A stretch of DNA of 64,000 nucleotides, from positions 1 to 64,000 of the forward strand of contig CAVUHW010000010.1 of the NCBI GenBank assembly GCA_963741205.1, written 5' to 3'. Positions 35,188-46,267 of this stretch are shown piece by piece. Source of the DNA: Nitrospirota bacterium. Lineage in GTDB: Bacteria > Nitrospirota > UBA9217. Under the pieces are notes generated by a model that was not told the DNA's origin, made no database searches, and saw nothing but the letters and a program-made list of their open reading frames with translations. Positions within the stretch are counted from its first letter, which is position 1; each line of letters begins with the position of its first letter. Made by a program: the position numbers and the translations under genes.

Positions 35188-35625
35188 ATGCTTAAAGAGT
35201 TCAAGGAATTCATCGTGCGAGGTAATGTGGTGGATCTTGCAGTCGGCATCATCATCGGCGGTGCTTTCGGTAAAATCGTCACCTCCCTGGTGAACGATGT
35301 CCTGATGCCGCCGCTGGGGAAGATAATGGGCAACGTGGATTTCAGCGGGTTGTTCATCAACCTCTCGGGGACTCCGTATCCGTCGCTGGCGGCAGCCAAG
35401 GCAGCAGGGGCGGCCACGATAAACTACGGCATGTTCATCAACACGGTGATCGATTTCATCATTGTGGCGGCTGCGATCTTCGTGCTGATCAAACAGGTCA
35501 ATCGTTTGAAAAAACCCGTGGAGGTTGCGGCTCCATCCACCAAAGCATGCCCCTATTGCACCTCGAGTATACCGCTCAAGGCAACCCGGTGTCCCCAATG
35601 CACATCGGAATTAAAGCCGGCGTGA
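35188..35625 (+). CDS. mscL: Large-conductance mechanosensitive channel with a C-terminal Zn ribbon
   Basis: [31 protein letters not shown]; tail CPYC...CPQC. Confidence 0.95.
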   Translation: MLKEFKEFIVRGNVVDLAVGIIIGGAFGKIVTSLVNDVLMPPLGKIMGNVDFSGLFINLSGTPYPSLAAAKAAGAATINYGMFINTVIDFIIVAAAIFVLIKQVNRLKKPVEVAAPSTKACPYCTSSIPLKATRCPQCTSELKPA

Positions 35626-35914
35626 AAAAGTACGAGCAGCAGTTCGGTAAAAACTAATGAATGGGATCGCAACGGGGAAGAGAACAAGACCATGAAAAGA
35701 CTGGCTCTACTGATTGCCGATATGTTTCCTGGCTGACATAATCTACGCCAGGCACATCGCACGGGTGCTTGGAAACTTTCACGAGGTCGGGAGTAAGAAA
35801 CAAATTCGTTGATTGTTGATTCTTATATTACATTGTACCGCCACAGACCTCCAAAAAAAAACAGCGGAGGCCCGCTGCCTCCGCTGACGTTACACATCAT
35901 CGCTGGTCTAAGTT

Positions 35915-36697
35915 CTACGCCAGGTCCCCGGCCGCGAAGGTGATCTCGTCCCGGAATGTCTTGATGAGATACACCACCTTCATAAGCTCCGCGTCATTCA
36001 CATTCACCATGGCCGCGGACAGTCCCGCTCCCGCGAGATAGGAGAGATAGGCCGAGGCCACGGTGGATTTCAGGTCCTTCGGCAGGCCGGTAGTGACGTT
36101 CGAGATCCAGACCGCGGTGTTGAGCGGCGGGTCTACCATCTCGTTTAAGACCACCACGCTCTCGTGGGCGTTCAGGAGGTGCTCCTGGCCCATGCCCTTG
36201 CTGATGTGCACTACCGACGGGTCGGCGAAGAGCCGTTCGTTCGGGATATCGGCGGCGTTCGCCTTCTCGACGAGGTCCTCGATGATCATGAGCTTGGCCT
36301 CGAGCGTCGTGGGTACGGTCCCCTTGAGCGCCCGGAGGATAAGGTTCGACTTGGTCTCCCGGACGAGCGACAGAATCTCGTCGGGATTTTTTTCATCCGC
36401 AGAGAGGTAGTTGATGATCGGCGGCTCCTTGCAGAGCGGGACGGCCTTCCGGAGCGCCTTCACATTCCTCGAATCCAGGCAGAGCGGCAGGCCGGAGCCC
36501 TCCTGGACGGCCTCGGCCGCGAACGGGAGCGCTTCTTCGTCACCGCTGCCGTCGGACGAGACCTGGACATTGATCAGCTCTGCCCCTTTTGCCGCAAGCT
36601 CCTTTGCCATCGCCGCGATGGCCTTCTTGTCCTTCTTCTTTACCGCTCCCATGTAGGCCTTGTTCCTGATGCTGAGATTGTCCGCGATTACAAGCAT
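35915..36697 (-). CDS. Pterin-binding methyltetrahydrofolate:corrinoid methyltransferase-like protein (AcsE/MetH folate domain)
   Basis: LCLDS, IINY, FADP and ISNV correspond to the conserved folate-binding D/N/D/N positions of this TIM barrel. Confidence 0.75.
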   Translation of the reverse strand: MLVIADNLSIRNKAYMGAVKKKDKKAIAAMAKELAAKGAELINVQVSSDGSGDEEALPFAAEAVQEGSGLPLCLDSRNVKALRKAVPLCKEPPIINYLSADEKNPDEILSLVRETKSNLILRALKGTVPTTLEAKLMIIEDLVEKANAADIPNERLFADPSVVHISKGMGQEHLLNAHESVVVLNEMVDPPLNTAVWISNVTTGLPKDLKSTVASAYLSYLAGAGLSAAMVNVNDAELMKVVYLIKTFRDEITFAAGDLA

Positions 36698-36907
36698 TCT
36701 TTCCTCCTTGACGTGGTAAAATTGAAAATATTTTAGAATGGCGTTGATTTCCGATTAGGGGACCAAGGCTTCACGTATCGGACATGACCGTACTTTACGT
36801 TACTCCAGAGAGGGGCTTTCTCTTAACCGTTGCGTCCTGTGCCCGGTTCGGGACCGATCGGTTCCAGTTTACAGTTAGTATACCATAACCCGGATCACGT
36901 CCGTCGT

Positions 36908-39545
36908 TTACGTCGGCCGCATTTTCCTCACGACGAATTTCCGGCCTTCCTCGGCGAAGAGCAGGAAGACCACGAAAGGGATGAGCATAAGCCATACATC
37001 GAGCGATACGGGTGCGGTTGAGAATATCCTGTTTCCCAGGGGATGGTAGACGATAACGACCTGCAGGAGGAGTTCGAACGCGATACCGATGAAGATCAAG
37101 CGGTTCGAGAAAAAGTCGCGCGTGAAGACCGACTCGCGGGACGACCTGCAGGCAAAGACGTTGCCGACCTGCATCATAACGATGCCCAGGAACGTCGCGG
37201 TAGAGGCCTGGCGCACGAGAACGTCATCCAAAGGCAAAGACGCGCCCCACGTCCAGCCGCCCTGCCTGAGCACGTAAAAGTACGCGAAGAGTGCGCCGGC
37301 CGTGCTGATGAGCCCGAGAAACACGTAGCTCCTGATGAGGAGCGCCGCGTCGATGAGGCTGCTGTGTTTGGACCGGGGCGGGCGGCTCATGATGTTTGCC
37401 TCCGGCGCCTCGACGCCGAGAGCGAGGGCCGGGATGGTTTCGGTGCCGAGGTCGATAGCCAGGATCTGGGCCACCGTAATCGGAAGAGGAATCCTGATGA
37501 GCGCATACAGGATATAGGGCACGGCCTCCGGGGTCAGGTGGGCGAAGATATAGGTAATGAATTTCTTGATGTTTTCGAAGATGGCCCGCCCTTCTTCGAT
37601 GGCGTTTACGATGGTCGCGAAGTTGTCATCGAGAAGGACCATGTCCGCGGCCTCCTTGGCCACGTCCGTGCCCGTGAGCCCCATGGCGATCCCGATGTCC
37701 GCCCGCTTCAGGGCCGGGGCGTCGTTCACGCCGTCGCCGGTCACCGCGACGCGTTCTCCCTCCTCCTTCAGGACGTTTACGACGCGCAGCTTGTGCTTCG
37801 GCGTCATGCGCGTGAAAAGGACCTCGGGCTTTGCAAGGACTGCCCGCAGTTCCGGGTCGGTCATGTTCACGAACGCCTCTCCCTCGACAATGGTTGGGCT
37901 GCCGGACACAAGCCCGATTTCCCGCGCGATGGCTGCGGCGGTCCTCGATGCGTCGCCGGTGATCATGATGACGCGTATGCCCGCTTTTCTGCACATTTCT
38001 ATCGCCCTCGCCACATCCGGCCGGGGAGGGTCTTCGAGCCCGATAAGGCCGGTGAAGATCATGTCCTGTTCCGCCTCTTCCCTGTCCTGGAGCCGCACGC
38101 TGGGCTCCGCCTCACGGTATGCGAAGCCCAGGACGCGCAGGCCCTGGTCCATAAATGACTGGTACAGGTCCGTTATTTCCCGTCGCAGTTCCTTCGTCGA
38201 GGGGGACGACGGCGCCGCCTTTCACGGAACGCGTGCAGACGGAGAGCACAGTCTCGGGCGCGCCCTTGGTCATGACATAAACGGCGTCCTTGACGGCGTT
38301 CACCGTGCTCATCCGTTTATGTTCGGTGTCAAAGGCAAATTCCCGGATGCGGCGCTGGTCCGCAGTCGCTCCGTGTTCCAGCGCCGCCCGGTAGATGGCC
38401 ACTTCGGTGGGGTCTCCCCTGAGCTCGCCGTTCACGTTCCGCGTATTGTTGCACGTGAGCGCGGCGGTGAAGAGCCACGGGCTGATTGCCGATGAACCGC
38501 TGCCGGGCGCGCCGACCTTCCTGACCGTCATCTCGTTTTTCGTGAGCGTGCCGGTCTTGTCCGTGCAGATCACCGAAACGGAGCCGAGCGTCTCGACAGC
38601 GGTGAGGGTCTTGATGAGCGCGTTCCGCTTTGCCATGCGCTGGCTTCCCATGGCGAGGGAGAGGGTCACGGTCGGGAGCAGGCCCTCGGGGACATTGGCC
38701 ACGATGATGCCCACTGCAAACAGAAAATTTTCCCAGAACGTCCTGCCGCTTGCGTAGCCGATGGCGAAGAAGAGGACGCCGGTGACCGTTGCGATGACGG
38801 CGACGATCCGCGTGATCCTCGCGATCTCCCGCTGGAGCGGGGAGAGGCCCGGCGAGACCGTATCCGTCAGGTGGGCGATCCTCCCGAACTCGGTCCGCAT
38901 GCCCGTTGCAAAGACCACGCCCTTGCCCGATCCGCTCACGGCGGCGGTGCCTGCAAAGGCCACGTTGGGGCTGTGCAGGATATCGGCGTCGGAGGGCGCG
39001 GTGGAACGCGCTACCGGCTCCGATTCTCCGGTGAGCGGCGCATTGTTTACCTTGAGGTCAACCGACTCGATGAGCCGGACATCTGCGGGCACTTTGTCCC
39101 CTTCGCCTACCAGCACAACGTCTCCGGGGACGATCTCGTCGGCGGGGAGTTCGAGCTCGGCGCGGTCCCGCAGGACTCTGACACGGAAGGGGAGGAGCTT
39201 CTTCATGGCCTCAAGGGCTTTTTCAGCGCGGAACTCCTGGATAAAAGTGAACACGGCGTTGAGGAGGATGACCGCGACGATAGCGAGGCCGAGAGTGAAC
39301 ATGCCCTCGCCGGGGTGGAGGTACTCCGAGACGAAGGAAAGCCCCGCCGCGACCCAGAGCAGCACGGCGAGAAAGTGCGTGAACTGGTCGAGGAACCGGA
39401 GAATGAGGGGACGCCCTTTGACGGCCTCGATCCGGTTCGGACCGAACTCCGCAAGTCGGCGCGCAGCCTCCTCTCCGGACAGGCCGGTTTCGGAGGTGAC
39501 GAGCGTCTGGAAGACTGCTTCCGTCGTGAGGCTGCTGATCTTCAT
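36908..39545 (-). CDS. Cation-transporting P-type ATPase, Na+/K+-like type IIC (frameshifted)
   Basis: LTGESEP, VANVPEGLL, DKTGT, TGDGVND and IDLGTE. Confidence 0.92.
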
Positions 39546-39601
39546 GAAATTCCGAACACAGATTACTCAGATAGATTATTCTGATCGGGAACCAAAAGGC
39601 G

Positions 39602-39701
39602 TCTCACGCAAAGCCGCAAAGGACGCAAAGGAAATCTTTAAGTCTTGGCATTAAATTCAATAGCTATTGCCTTTCTTTGCGAGCTTAGCGACTTTGCGAG
39701 A
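39602..39701. repeat. Inverted nonamer-periodic element (CGCAAAG type)
   Basis: tctcacgcaaagccgcaaaggacgcaaag ... ctttgcgagcttagcgactttgcgaga. Confidence 0.75.
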
Positions 39702-39791
39702 AATATTTTTGCCGTTTCAAGAAAAATTTTGATTTTTAACTGGCTAATGAAAGCATTTGGGAATTCGTCAAGAATCCTGACTCTTCCGGGT

Positions 39792-40637
39792 TTAAGGCGG
39801 GCTCTTGTGCCTCGGCTTCAAGATGATCAGATCGCACGTCGTTTCCCGGAGGACCCGTTCTACGGGATTTCCCCTGAGCAGCGAGTTCAGGAGGCTGCGT
39901 TCGCTGGCTCCCATGATGATCAGGTCGTGCAGCTTCGCGGCTGCCTCAATAGTGATGTTCCTGCCTGCGACGCCGGGGATGAGCTTCTTTTCGTGGCTCA
40001 CCGCATTGCGGTTCAGGACATCGATGAAGCGGGCCATGTCCCCCGGGAGTCTAGCCTCCCATTCCACGGGAGTCAGATGGACCTCTCCGAGAAAGAACCG
40101 CATCAGCGGTTTCGTGGTATGGAAGAGATGGATGCGGGAGTCGAAGGCGGCAGCCAGGAGGGCCGTGAAATAAGCGCGCTCGTCCACATGATCGATCCTC
40201 GCCTTGAGCGGGACGAGGATGGTCCTGGGCCGGATGCGCCCCAGGTTTACGACGCGGACGAGCGCGACGGAACAGGGGAGGCGGAGCGAGAACTCCCGCG
40301 CCGTCGTGCGCGCATAGAACCGATTTTTTACGTCTTCATGGCGAGTGGCCGCGAAGACGATGTCGATCTTTTCAGCCGCGACGACCCTTCTGATCTCCTC
40401 AATCGGCATGCCGGTTTCGAGCACGCAGTCGGACCTGACATCCTGATCTCGGGCCCGGTCCGAAAGCCGTTTTACCGCTTCTTCCGCGGCGAGAACGTCC
40501 TTTTGTGATGTCCCTTTTTCCGCGACGGAGCAGAAATAGATCCTGGCATTCGCCTGTTTTGCGAGGTGCAGCGCGTATCGTGCGGCGATCTCGGAGTTCA
40601 GGTGTTCGTTGACGGCGGCCAGGATTTTTCTATACAT
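39792..40637 (-). CDS. Tandem-domain universal stress protein
   Basis: MYRKILAAV; second domain DLIIMGASERS...GNPVERVLRETTCDLII. Confidence 0.88.
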   Translation of the reverse strand: MYRKILAAVNEHLNSEIAARYALHLAKQANARIYFCSVAEKGTSQKDVLAAEEAVKRLSDRARDQDVRSDCVLETGMPIEEIRRVVAAEKIDIVFAATRHEDVKNRFYARTTAREFSLRLPCSVALVRVVNLGRIRPRTILVPLKARIDHVDERAYFTALLAAAFDSRIHLFHTTKPLMRFFLGEVHLTPVEWEARLPGDMARFIDVLNRNAVSHEKKLIPGVAGRNITIEAAAKLHDLIIMGASERSLLNSLLRGNPVERVLRETTCDLIILKPRHKSPP

Positions 40638-40728
40638 GCGTAAAAGATAGCACCGGGACCGCGGGAAATCAAATCGGCGATCTGTGACGAACCTTGACAA
40701 AATCCCCATATCCTTTATTATTGATGGC
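40638..40728. promoter_or_regulatory. Divergent sigma70-type promoters placed 6-7 nt from the start codons
   Basis: Plus: TTGACA(40694)-N16-TATTAT-7nt-ATG. Minus: TTGATT-N17-TATCTT-6nt-ATG. Confidence 0.6.
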
Positions 40729-41605
40729 ATGCTGGTTGAGAAACTGGGTCTCCACCATAAGGACATTCTTGTTCCCCGCCTCAAGGCGGCGGGCTCGGCG
40801 CTCTCGGAATACACGTTTGCGAATCTCTTCCTGTTCCGCAAAAACCACGATTACGAGATCCTTACTGACCGGGATGTTTTCATCAAAGGGATATCCTATG
40901 ACGGCCGCGTCTACCTGATGCCGACCGTCCGACGTGCGCACCCTGGACCCGCAGTATCTCAGGGACCTCATGACGGACGTCGATTTCCTGTTCCCGATCC
41001 CCGAGGCGTGGCTTGCGGCCTTCGATGAGCGCTCATTCGAGATCGCCTTTATCGGGGGCGACGCGGACTACCTGTACACCGTGGAGAAGATGAGCACCCT
41101 CGGCGGAAGAAGGCTCCACAAGAAGAGGAACCTCTTGAAGCAGTTTCTCGAAATGTACGTACATGACGCCCGGCCACTCACGAACGACAAACTCGACGAG
41201 GCGCGCTTCGTTCTGGAGGACTGGATGAAGGCTTCGACGATGAACCCCGGCGATACGGATTACGGACCCTGCCGTGAGGCGCTCGACCGGTATGAAGAAC
41301 TTATCCTGTGCGGAGGCATCTACTATGCCGAGGGTGAGCCCGCGGGTTTCGTGCTCGGCGAAGAGCTGGGCGCGGACACCTTTGTCCTGCACTTTGCCAA
41401 GGCCCGGACGAAGTTCAAGGGGATCTACCAGTATATGTTCAACACCTTCGCCAAGATCCTGCCGCCGAAGTACAAATACCTGAACCTGGAGCAGGACCTT
41501 GACCAGGAAAACCTGCGCGTGTTCAAAGGGTCCTACGTGCCTGATGCGATGCTCCGAAAGGCAAGGGTGAGTTTGAAGAAAACGGGAGCGCCGGTCATTC
41601 CATGA
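40729..41605 (+). CDS. DUF2156 (aminoacyl-phosphatidylglycerol synthase-like transferase domain) protein (frameshifted)
   Basis: SEYTFANLFLF, DYLY, KKRN, HFAKA, GIYQY, YLNLEQDL and LRVFKGSY. Confidence 0.85.
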
Positions 41606-42522
41606 AAAAAGTCGGATTTGCCTATGATGAAGTCTGTCTGCGCCACGAGCCGCCGTTGTGGCACCCTGACTCCCCGGACCGTCTTGTCAACATCATCGTA
41701 AGCCTCAAAATCTCGGGTCTCTGGGCCGACCTGGTTCCTATTGCCCCGCGAAAGGCTACCTTTGATGACATCGCCCGCGTTCATGCCCCGGAGTATATCG
41801 AGAAGATCAGGACCCTCGGCGCGGGAGAGCTTGACCCGGACACCTATCTCTCGGAAGGCACCTTCGACGCCGCGCTCCACGCAGCCGGAGCGGTCATCGA
41901 AGCAATAGACCGCTGCAAAAAAGGCGAGATCGAGCGCGCCTTCTGCGCGGTCAGGCCTCCCGGACACCATGCCGAGGCGGGCACGGGCATGGGGTTCTGC
42001 ATCTTCAACAACGTCGCCGTCGGCGCCCGGTACGCTCAGACCGTCGGCTATGAGCGCGTGTTCATCGTCGATTTCGACGCCCACCACGGCAACGGCACGC
42101 AGCATATCTTCGAAGAGGAAGACACGGTCTTCTACTTCAGCACCCATCAGTATCCCTACTATCCCGAGACGGGCAAGGACATGGAGCGGGGCAGGGGCAA
42201 GGGTATGGGTTTTACGTACAACGTACCGATCTTAAAAGGCTCGGGAAACAAGGATTATTTGATGGTCTACCAGGACATCCTGCCGGGGGTCATCGACCGG
42301 TTCAGGCCAGACATCGTCCTCGTTTCTGCCGGATATGACATCCATGTGAACGACCCTCACGCCAACATCCGTGTCACGCACGAGGGTATCCATGGCATCG
42401 TGCAGAGCATCCTGCATTACTGTGCCCCCTGTCCTGCTGTGTTCGTTCTCGAGGGGGGGTACGATCTCCCGTCGCTTTGCGACTCGGTCAAGGTTACGAT
42501 CGAGGAGATGCTGAAAGGGTAG
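41602..42522 (+). CDS. Histone deacetylase-family amidohydrolase
   Basis: RPPGHHA, GFCIFNN, DFDAHHGNGTQ, SAGYD and LEGGY. Confidence 0.95.
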   Translation: MKKVGFAYDEVCLRHEPPLWHPDSPDRLVNIIVSLKISGLWADLVPIAPRKATFDDIARVHAPEYIEKIRTLGAGELDPDTYLSEGTFDAALHAAGAVIEAIDRCKKGEIERAFCAVRPPGHHAEAGTGMGFCIFNNVAVGARYAQTVGYERVFIVDFDAHHGNGTQHIFEEEDTVFYFSTHQYPYYPETGKDMERGRGKGMGFTYNVPILKGSGNKDYLMVYQDILPGVIDRFRPDIVLVSAGYDIHVNDPHANIRVTHEGIHGIVQSILHYCAPCPAVFVLEGGYDLPSLCDSVKVTIEEMLKG

Positions 42523-42634
42523 GGGCCGTCTCACGCAAACCGGTCATTCCGGGCGATATTCTATTGCCCAAGAGCCCCTTTTATGTTATGTATAGACGCA
42601 TCCATAGCAGGAGCGCGTTTACTTATCAATACCC

Positions 42635-43396
42635 ATGGGAAAGAATAAATTCTACGCAGTCGTAAAAGGGCACAGGCCGGGGATCTACGATGAATGGTTC
42701 GGCGCACGCGGCGCGGAAGCCAACGTAAGAGGATTTGCCGGCGCCCGGTACAAGGGTTTTACGTCGCGCCAAGAAGCCGAGGCGTGGTTCAAAGAATTAT
42801 CCGCGGAGACGCGAACGACGCACCAAAGCAGACCCACAGTAAGCAAGGAAGTATCATCCCGGCGGTTAAAAGTGATTATCAAAGAAGCACCCCATAAGCC
42901 AAGCGTGGCGGATAAGGGAAGTATCATAGTCTATACCGACGGCGGGTGCAGCAAAAACCCGGGGCCGGGCGGATACGGCGTGGTCTTGCTTCATGGCGAC
43001 GGCCGAAAAGAACTGTCGGGCGGCTATGCGAGAACCACCAATAACCGCATGGAATTGATGGCATGCATAAAGGGACTGGAGGCCCTCGAACAGAAATGCT
43101 CGGTTACCGTATACTGCGACTCCCAGTATGTCGTCAACGGCATCGAAAAAGGGTGGGCAGTGCGATGGAAACGGAACAACTGGAAGAGAAACAAAACCGA
43201 ATCGGCCGAAAACAGCGATTTGTGGTCGCAGCTTCTCGATCTGTGTGAAAAGCATGACGTGAGCTTCAGGTGGGTACGGGGCCATGACGGGAACAAGGAA
43301 AACGAACGCTGCGACCAGCTTGCGGTTGAAATGACGCGCTGCAGCGATCTGCCGCCTGATTGCGGATATAACGGAAAGTCCGGCCGGCCGGATTGA
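42635..43396 (+). CDS. rnhA: Ribonuclease HI with an N-terminal hybrid-binding (viroplasmin) domain
   Basis: KFYAVVKGHRPGIYDEW N-domain; YTDGG, TTNNRMEL, DSQYV, WVRGH and NERCD. Confidence 0.93.
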   Translation: MGKNKFYAVVKGHRPGIYDEWFGARGAEANVRGFAGARYKGFTSRQEAEAWFKELSAETRTTHQSRPTVSKEVSSRRLKVIIKEAPHKPSVADKGSIIVYTDGGCSKNPGPGGYGVVLLHGDGRKELSGGYARTTNNRMELMACIKGLEALEQKCSVTVYCDSQYVVNGIEKGWAVRWKRNNWKRNKTESAENSDLWSQLLDLCEKHDVSFRWVRGHDGNKENERCDQLAVEMTRCSDLPPDCGYNGKSGRPD

Positions 43397-43625
43397 CAAA
43401 TACGATCGATTCTGATTCAATGATCTCCCGGGATGGGGATAAGGCAACGGGAAATAACACGGGCGGCCGGCAAGGCCGCCCGAACTGTTTCAAGGGAAGG
43501 GCATATTGTTATTCTATCAAGCGATGCTATGAAATAATCTTATTCATGATACTATGGTTTCATTAAGGGGACATCTGTAAGCTGGATAACTAATGAAACA
43601 GCAGATTCGACCCCAATTGTCACGC

Positions 43626-44436
43626 TTAATTCCTGTACCCCGGCGGGAAGGGAGCATATCCGTCATTGTCCCAGAGCCGGTTGCCGGTTCTCTCTCCGCA
43701 GGAGAGGATCCCCTTTCTGCACAGGGTCTCGCGCCACTCGTACTTCAGCAGGGTCTTTTGTGCGGGAGTGCGTTCGGGCTCGAAGGCTACCCGGATGGTC
43801 GGCGAATATTGGCTGTCGCCGAAGCCTGTCCCGGCTGCCTCGTCCTTTGATGAGAGTGACTTGCTGCGCGCCGCTCCCTCCATGGCCGGCGCTGCGGGAG
43901 CGCTCTCCTGCTTTTTCATCTCTTGTCTCGGCCTCGGGCGTTCCTTTTCCCGGTAGACTGCAACGGCAACAACACCCATGGCCGATGAGTCAGCGAACGT
44001 CCGCACACTGTAGGAATCAGCGGGCTCGGTGAAGTAGAACCGGTGCACCGTGTCCTTGTCCGTTCTCCATCCATCGTATCGCGCAATGCCGTAACCCTCA
44101 ATGATATACATGTCCTCGGTGCTCCCGAGTTCCGAGTTGTTTCCGCTGATGATGTTCCTGCCGTCCACGGCCACGATCACGCCGATCCGTTCAGGCGGTC
44201 ATGTTCCGGATCACGATGCCGTAATTGTCGCCGCGCTTTGCCTCCAGGTATTTCTTGATAACCCTGGTAAGACCGTTCTGGAAATCCTTGTGGGGGATCG
44301 TGAGAAAAGCGCTCCCCTGGTCTGATACTATTTCAACGCTCACTTCTCCGGTAATCCGGCCGCTCCCGAGGGATTGCGCCTGCGCTGCTGTTGCAAGAAT
44401 GACTGCTGCCAAGACAGATGCCACGATGGTACGCAT
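43626..44436 (-). CDS. Secreted hypothetical protein (frameshifted)
   Basis: Signal peptide ending AQA; joined ORFs 44191..44436 and 43626..44180 (YGIVIRN...VAVDGRNIISG...GTGFG). Confidence 0.7.
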
Positions 44437-44499
44437 GGTAGTGCTCCTTTCCCTTGTGGTTTGCCCCGAAAAGGGCGATGCGTTTTCGGGTTTTGGCTA

Positions 44500-44528
44500 T
44501 TTGACAAAGGGAAAGGCGATTTTGTTCC
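44500..44528 (-). promoter_or_regulatory. RpoE-like ECF promoter
   Basis: Minus strand GGAACAA-N16-GTCAAA, close to the E. coli sigmaE consensus GGAACTT-N16-GTCAAA. Confidence 0.65.
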
Positions 44529-44629
44529 CGCCATGAGAAAAAAATCCAGAAAGGGGATTTCATTGATCAGAATGGAAAGAATTTAGCGCGAAGATGCGGA
44601 GGACGCAGAGTCCTAAAATAAACTCACCG

Positions 44630-45797
44630 TCATCGCTCCACGATCATCGCCACAGCATTGCCGCCGCCCAGACACAGGGTGGCGAGACCCCGCTTAAGCC
44701 CTCGTTCCTTCAAGGCATGAATGAGGGTAACGAGGACCCGGGCGCCGCTGCACCCTATCGGATGCCCCAGGGCGACAGCGCCACCGTTGACGTTCAATTT
44801 CCCGGGATCGATGCCTAATGCCCTTGAGACCGCGATCGATGCGGTGGCATAGGCCTCATTGTGCTCAACCAGGTCTATATCGTCTATGGTAAAGCCGGTT
44901 TTTGCGAGAAGTTTTTTGACCGTCGGGATCGGGGCTTCCATCACGTCTTCAGGCTTTGCTCCGCCCGTTGCATAGCCGATGATGCGCGCCAGCGGTTCAA
45001 TTCCCGATGCCCTGGCGAACCGGGCCGAAGTAACAACCAAAGCCGCGGCGCCGTCGCTCAGTTTGGAACTGTTTCCCGCGGTCAGGATGCCGCCCTGCTT
45101 AAACACCGGGGGAAGGGCCGCAAGCCTTTCCAATGAGGTATCCTCCCGAACGCATTCGTCGGTCTCGAAGGTTCCTCCCTTGATATTGACAGGGACGATC
45201 TCTTCCCTGAATTTTCCCTCGCGGATTGCACTCGCCGCCTTTCGATTGCTCTCCCGACTAAAAGCGTCGGCTTCCTCCCGCGAGATTCCGTATTTTTCGG
45301 CTATCCGCTCTCCGGTCATACCCATCAGAAAGTTGTTGTACACATCCCATAAACCGTCGAAGAGCATGGAATCAACGATCGACCTGTCGCCGAACTTCAC
45401 TCCCCAACGGATATTTCTGACCAGATGGGGGGCGGCGCTCATGTTTTCCATGCCGCCGGCTACAATGACTGTCGGCGTCGCCCGCTTTTATGGCCTGGGC
45501 AGCGAGCATGACAGCCTTCAGTCCCGAACCGCACACCTTGTTAATCGTAAGGGAACCGGTTTCAACGGGAACTCCTGCATAGATCGCGGCCTGACGGGCG
45601 GGGTTCTGCCCCAATCCCGCGGTGAGCACGTTGCCCATGATCACTTCATCGACCTGCTCCACGCGGATGCCGGCCCGAAGCGCGGCCTCTGCTATTACGA
45701 CGGCTCCGAGTCGCGGCGCGGAAATATCTTTCAACGATCGGCCGAACTTGCCGACAGCGGTCCGCACCGCGCTTACGAGAACGACCTCTTCAGCCAT
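44630..45797 (-). CDS. Acetyl-CoA C-acetyltransferase (thiolase) (frameshifted)
   Basis: [25 protein letters not shown] and CLGGG. Confidence 0.95.
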
Positions 45798-45937
45798 AAC
45801 AACCCCTTACAAAGTTTCAACCAGATTCCCTGACCTGGATTCGACGCGGGAAAATCCTATTCTCCGAGCGGGAAACCCCAGCCTTGCTACCCCGCCCACC
45901 GCACTGGTTCGCCAAAACCCGGCTCAGGGCTCTGAAT

Positions 45938-46153
45938 CTAACAGCAGCACTCATCCTCGCAGCAAAGGTCGCTCCCCGTCAGCAGTTCCTCCAACTCGGC
46001 CACGTCATCGTCTGTGATCTCCGGCTCGTTGTGGATCTTCGCGTGGGCGCTTATGTCTTTTACCGCTTCGTCAAAGGGGTCCTCGTCGGATACATAATCG
46101 CAGACCGGCCCCATCATATCTGCATCCCTGCATCTTAGAAGAATCGTCGACAT
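45938..46153 (-). CDS. Small DUF1059-like metal-binding protein with a Cys-rich tail
   Basis: GGAGA SD; LRCRD...CDY...AHAKIH; ends CCEDECCC. Confidence 0.65.
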   Translation of the reverse strand: MSTILLRCRDADMMGPVCDYVSDEDPFDEAVKDISAHAKIHNEPEITDDDVAELEELLTGSDLCCEDECCC

Positions 46154-46267
46154 GGTTTTCTCCCTTCTTGCCTCCCTGAAAGTCTTTCCTGTATAAATTG
46201 TATCAACGGGGCGGCTCACGAGTCAAGAAGCAGCTCTTGTGCGGCAGAAGGCAGCTAAGATGCTACT

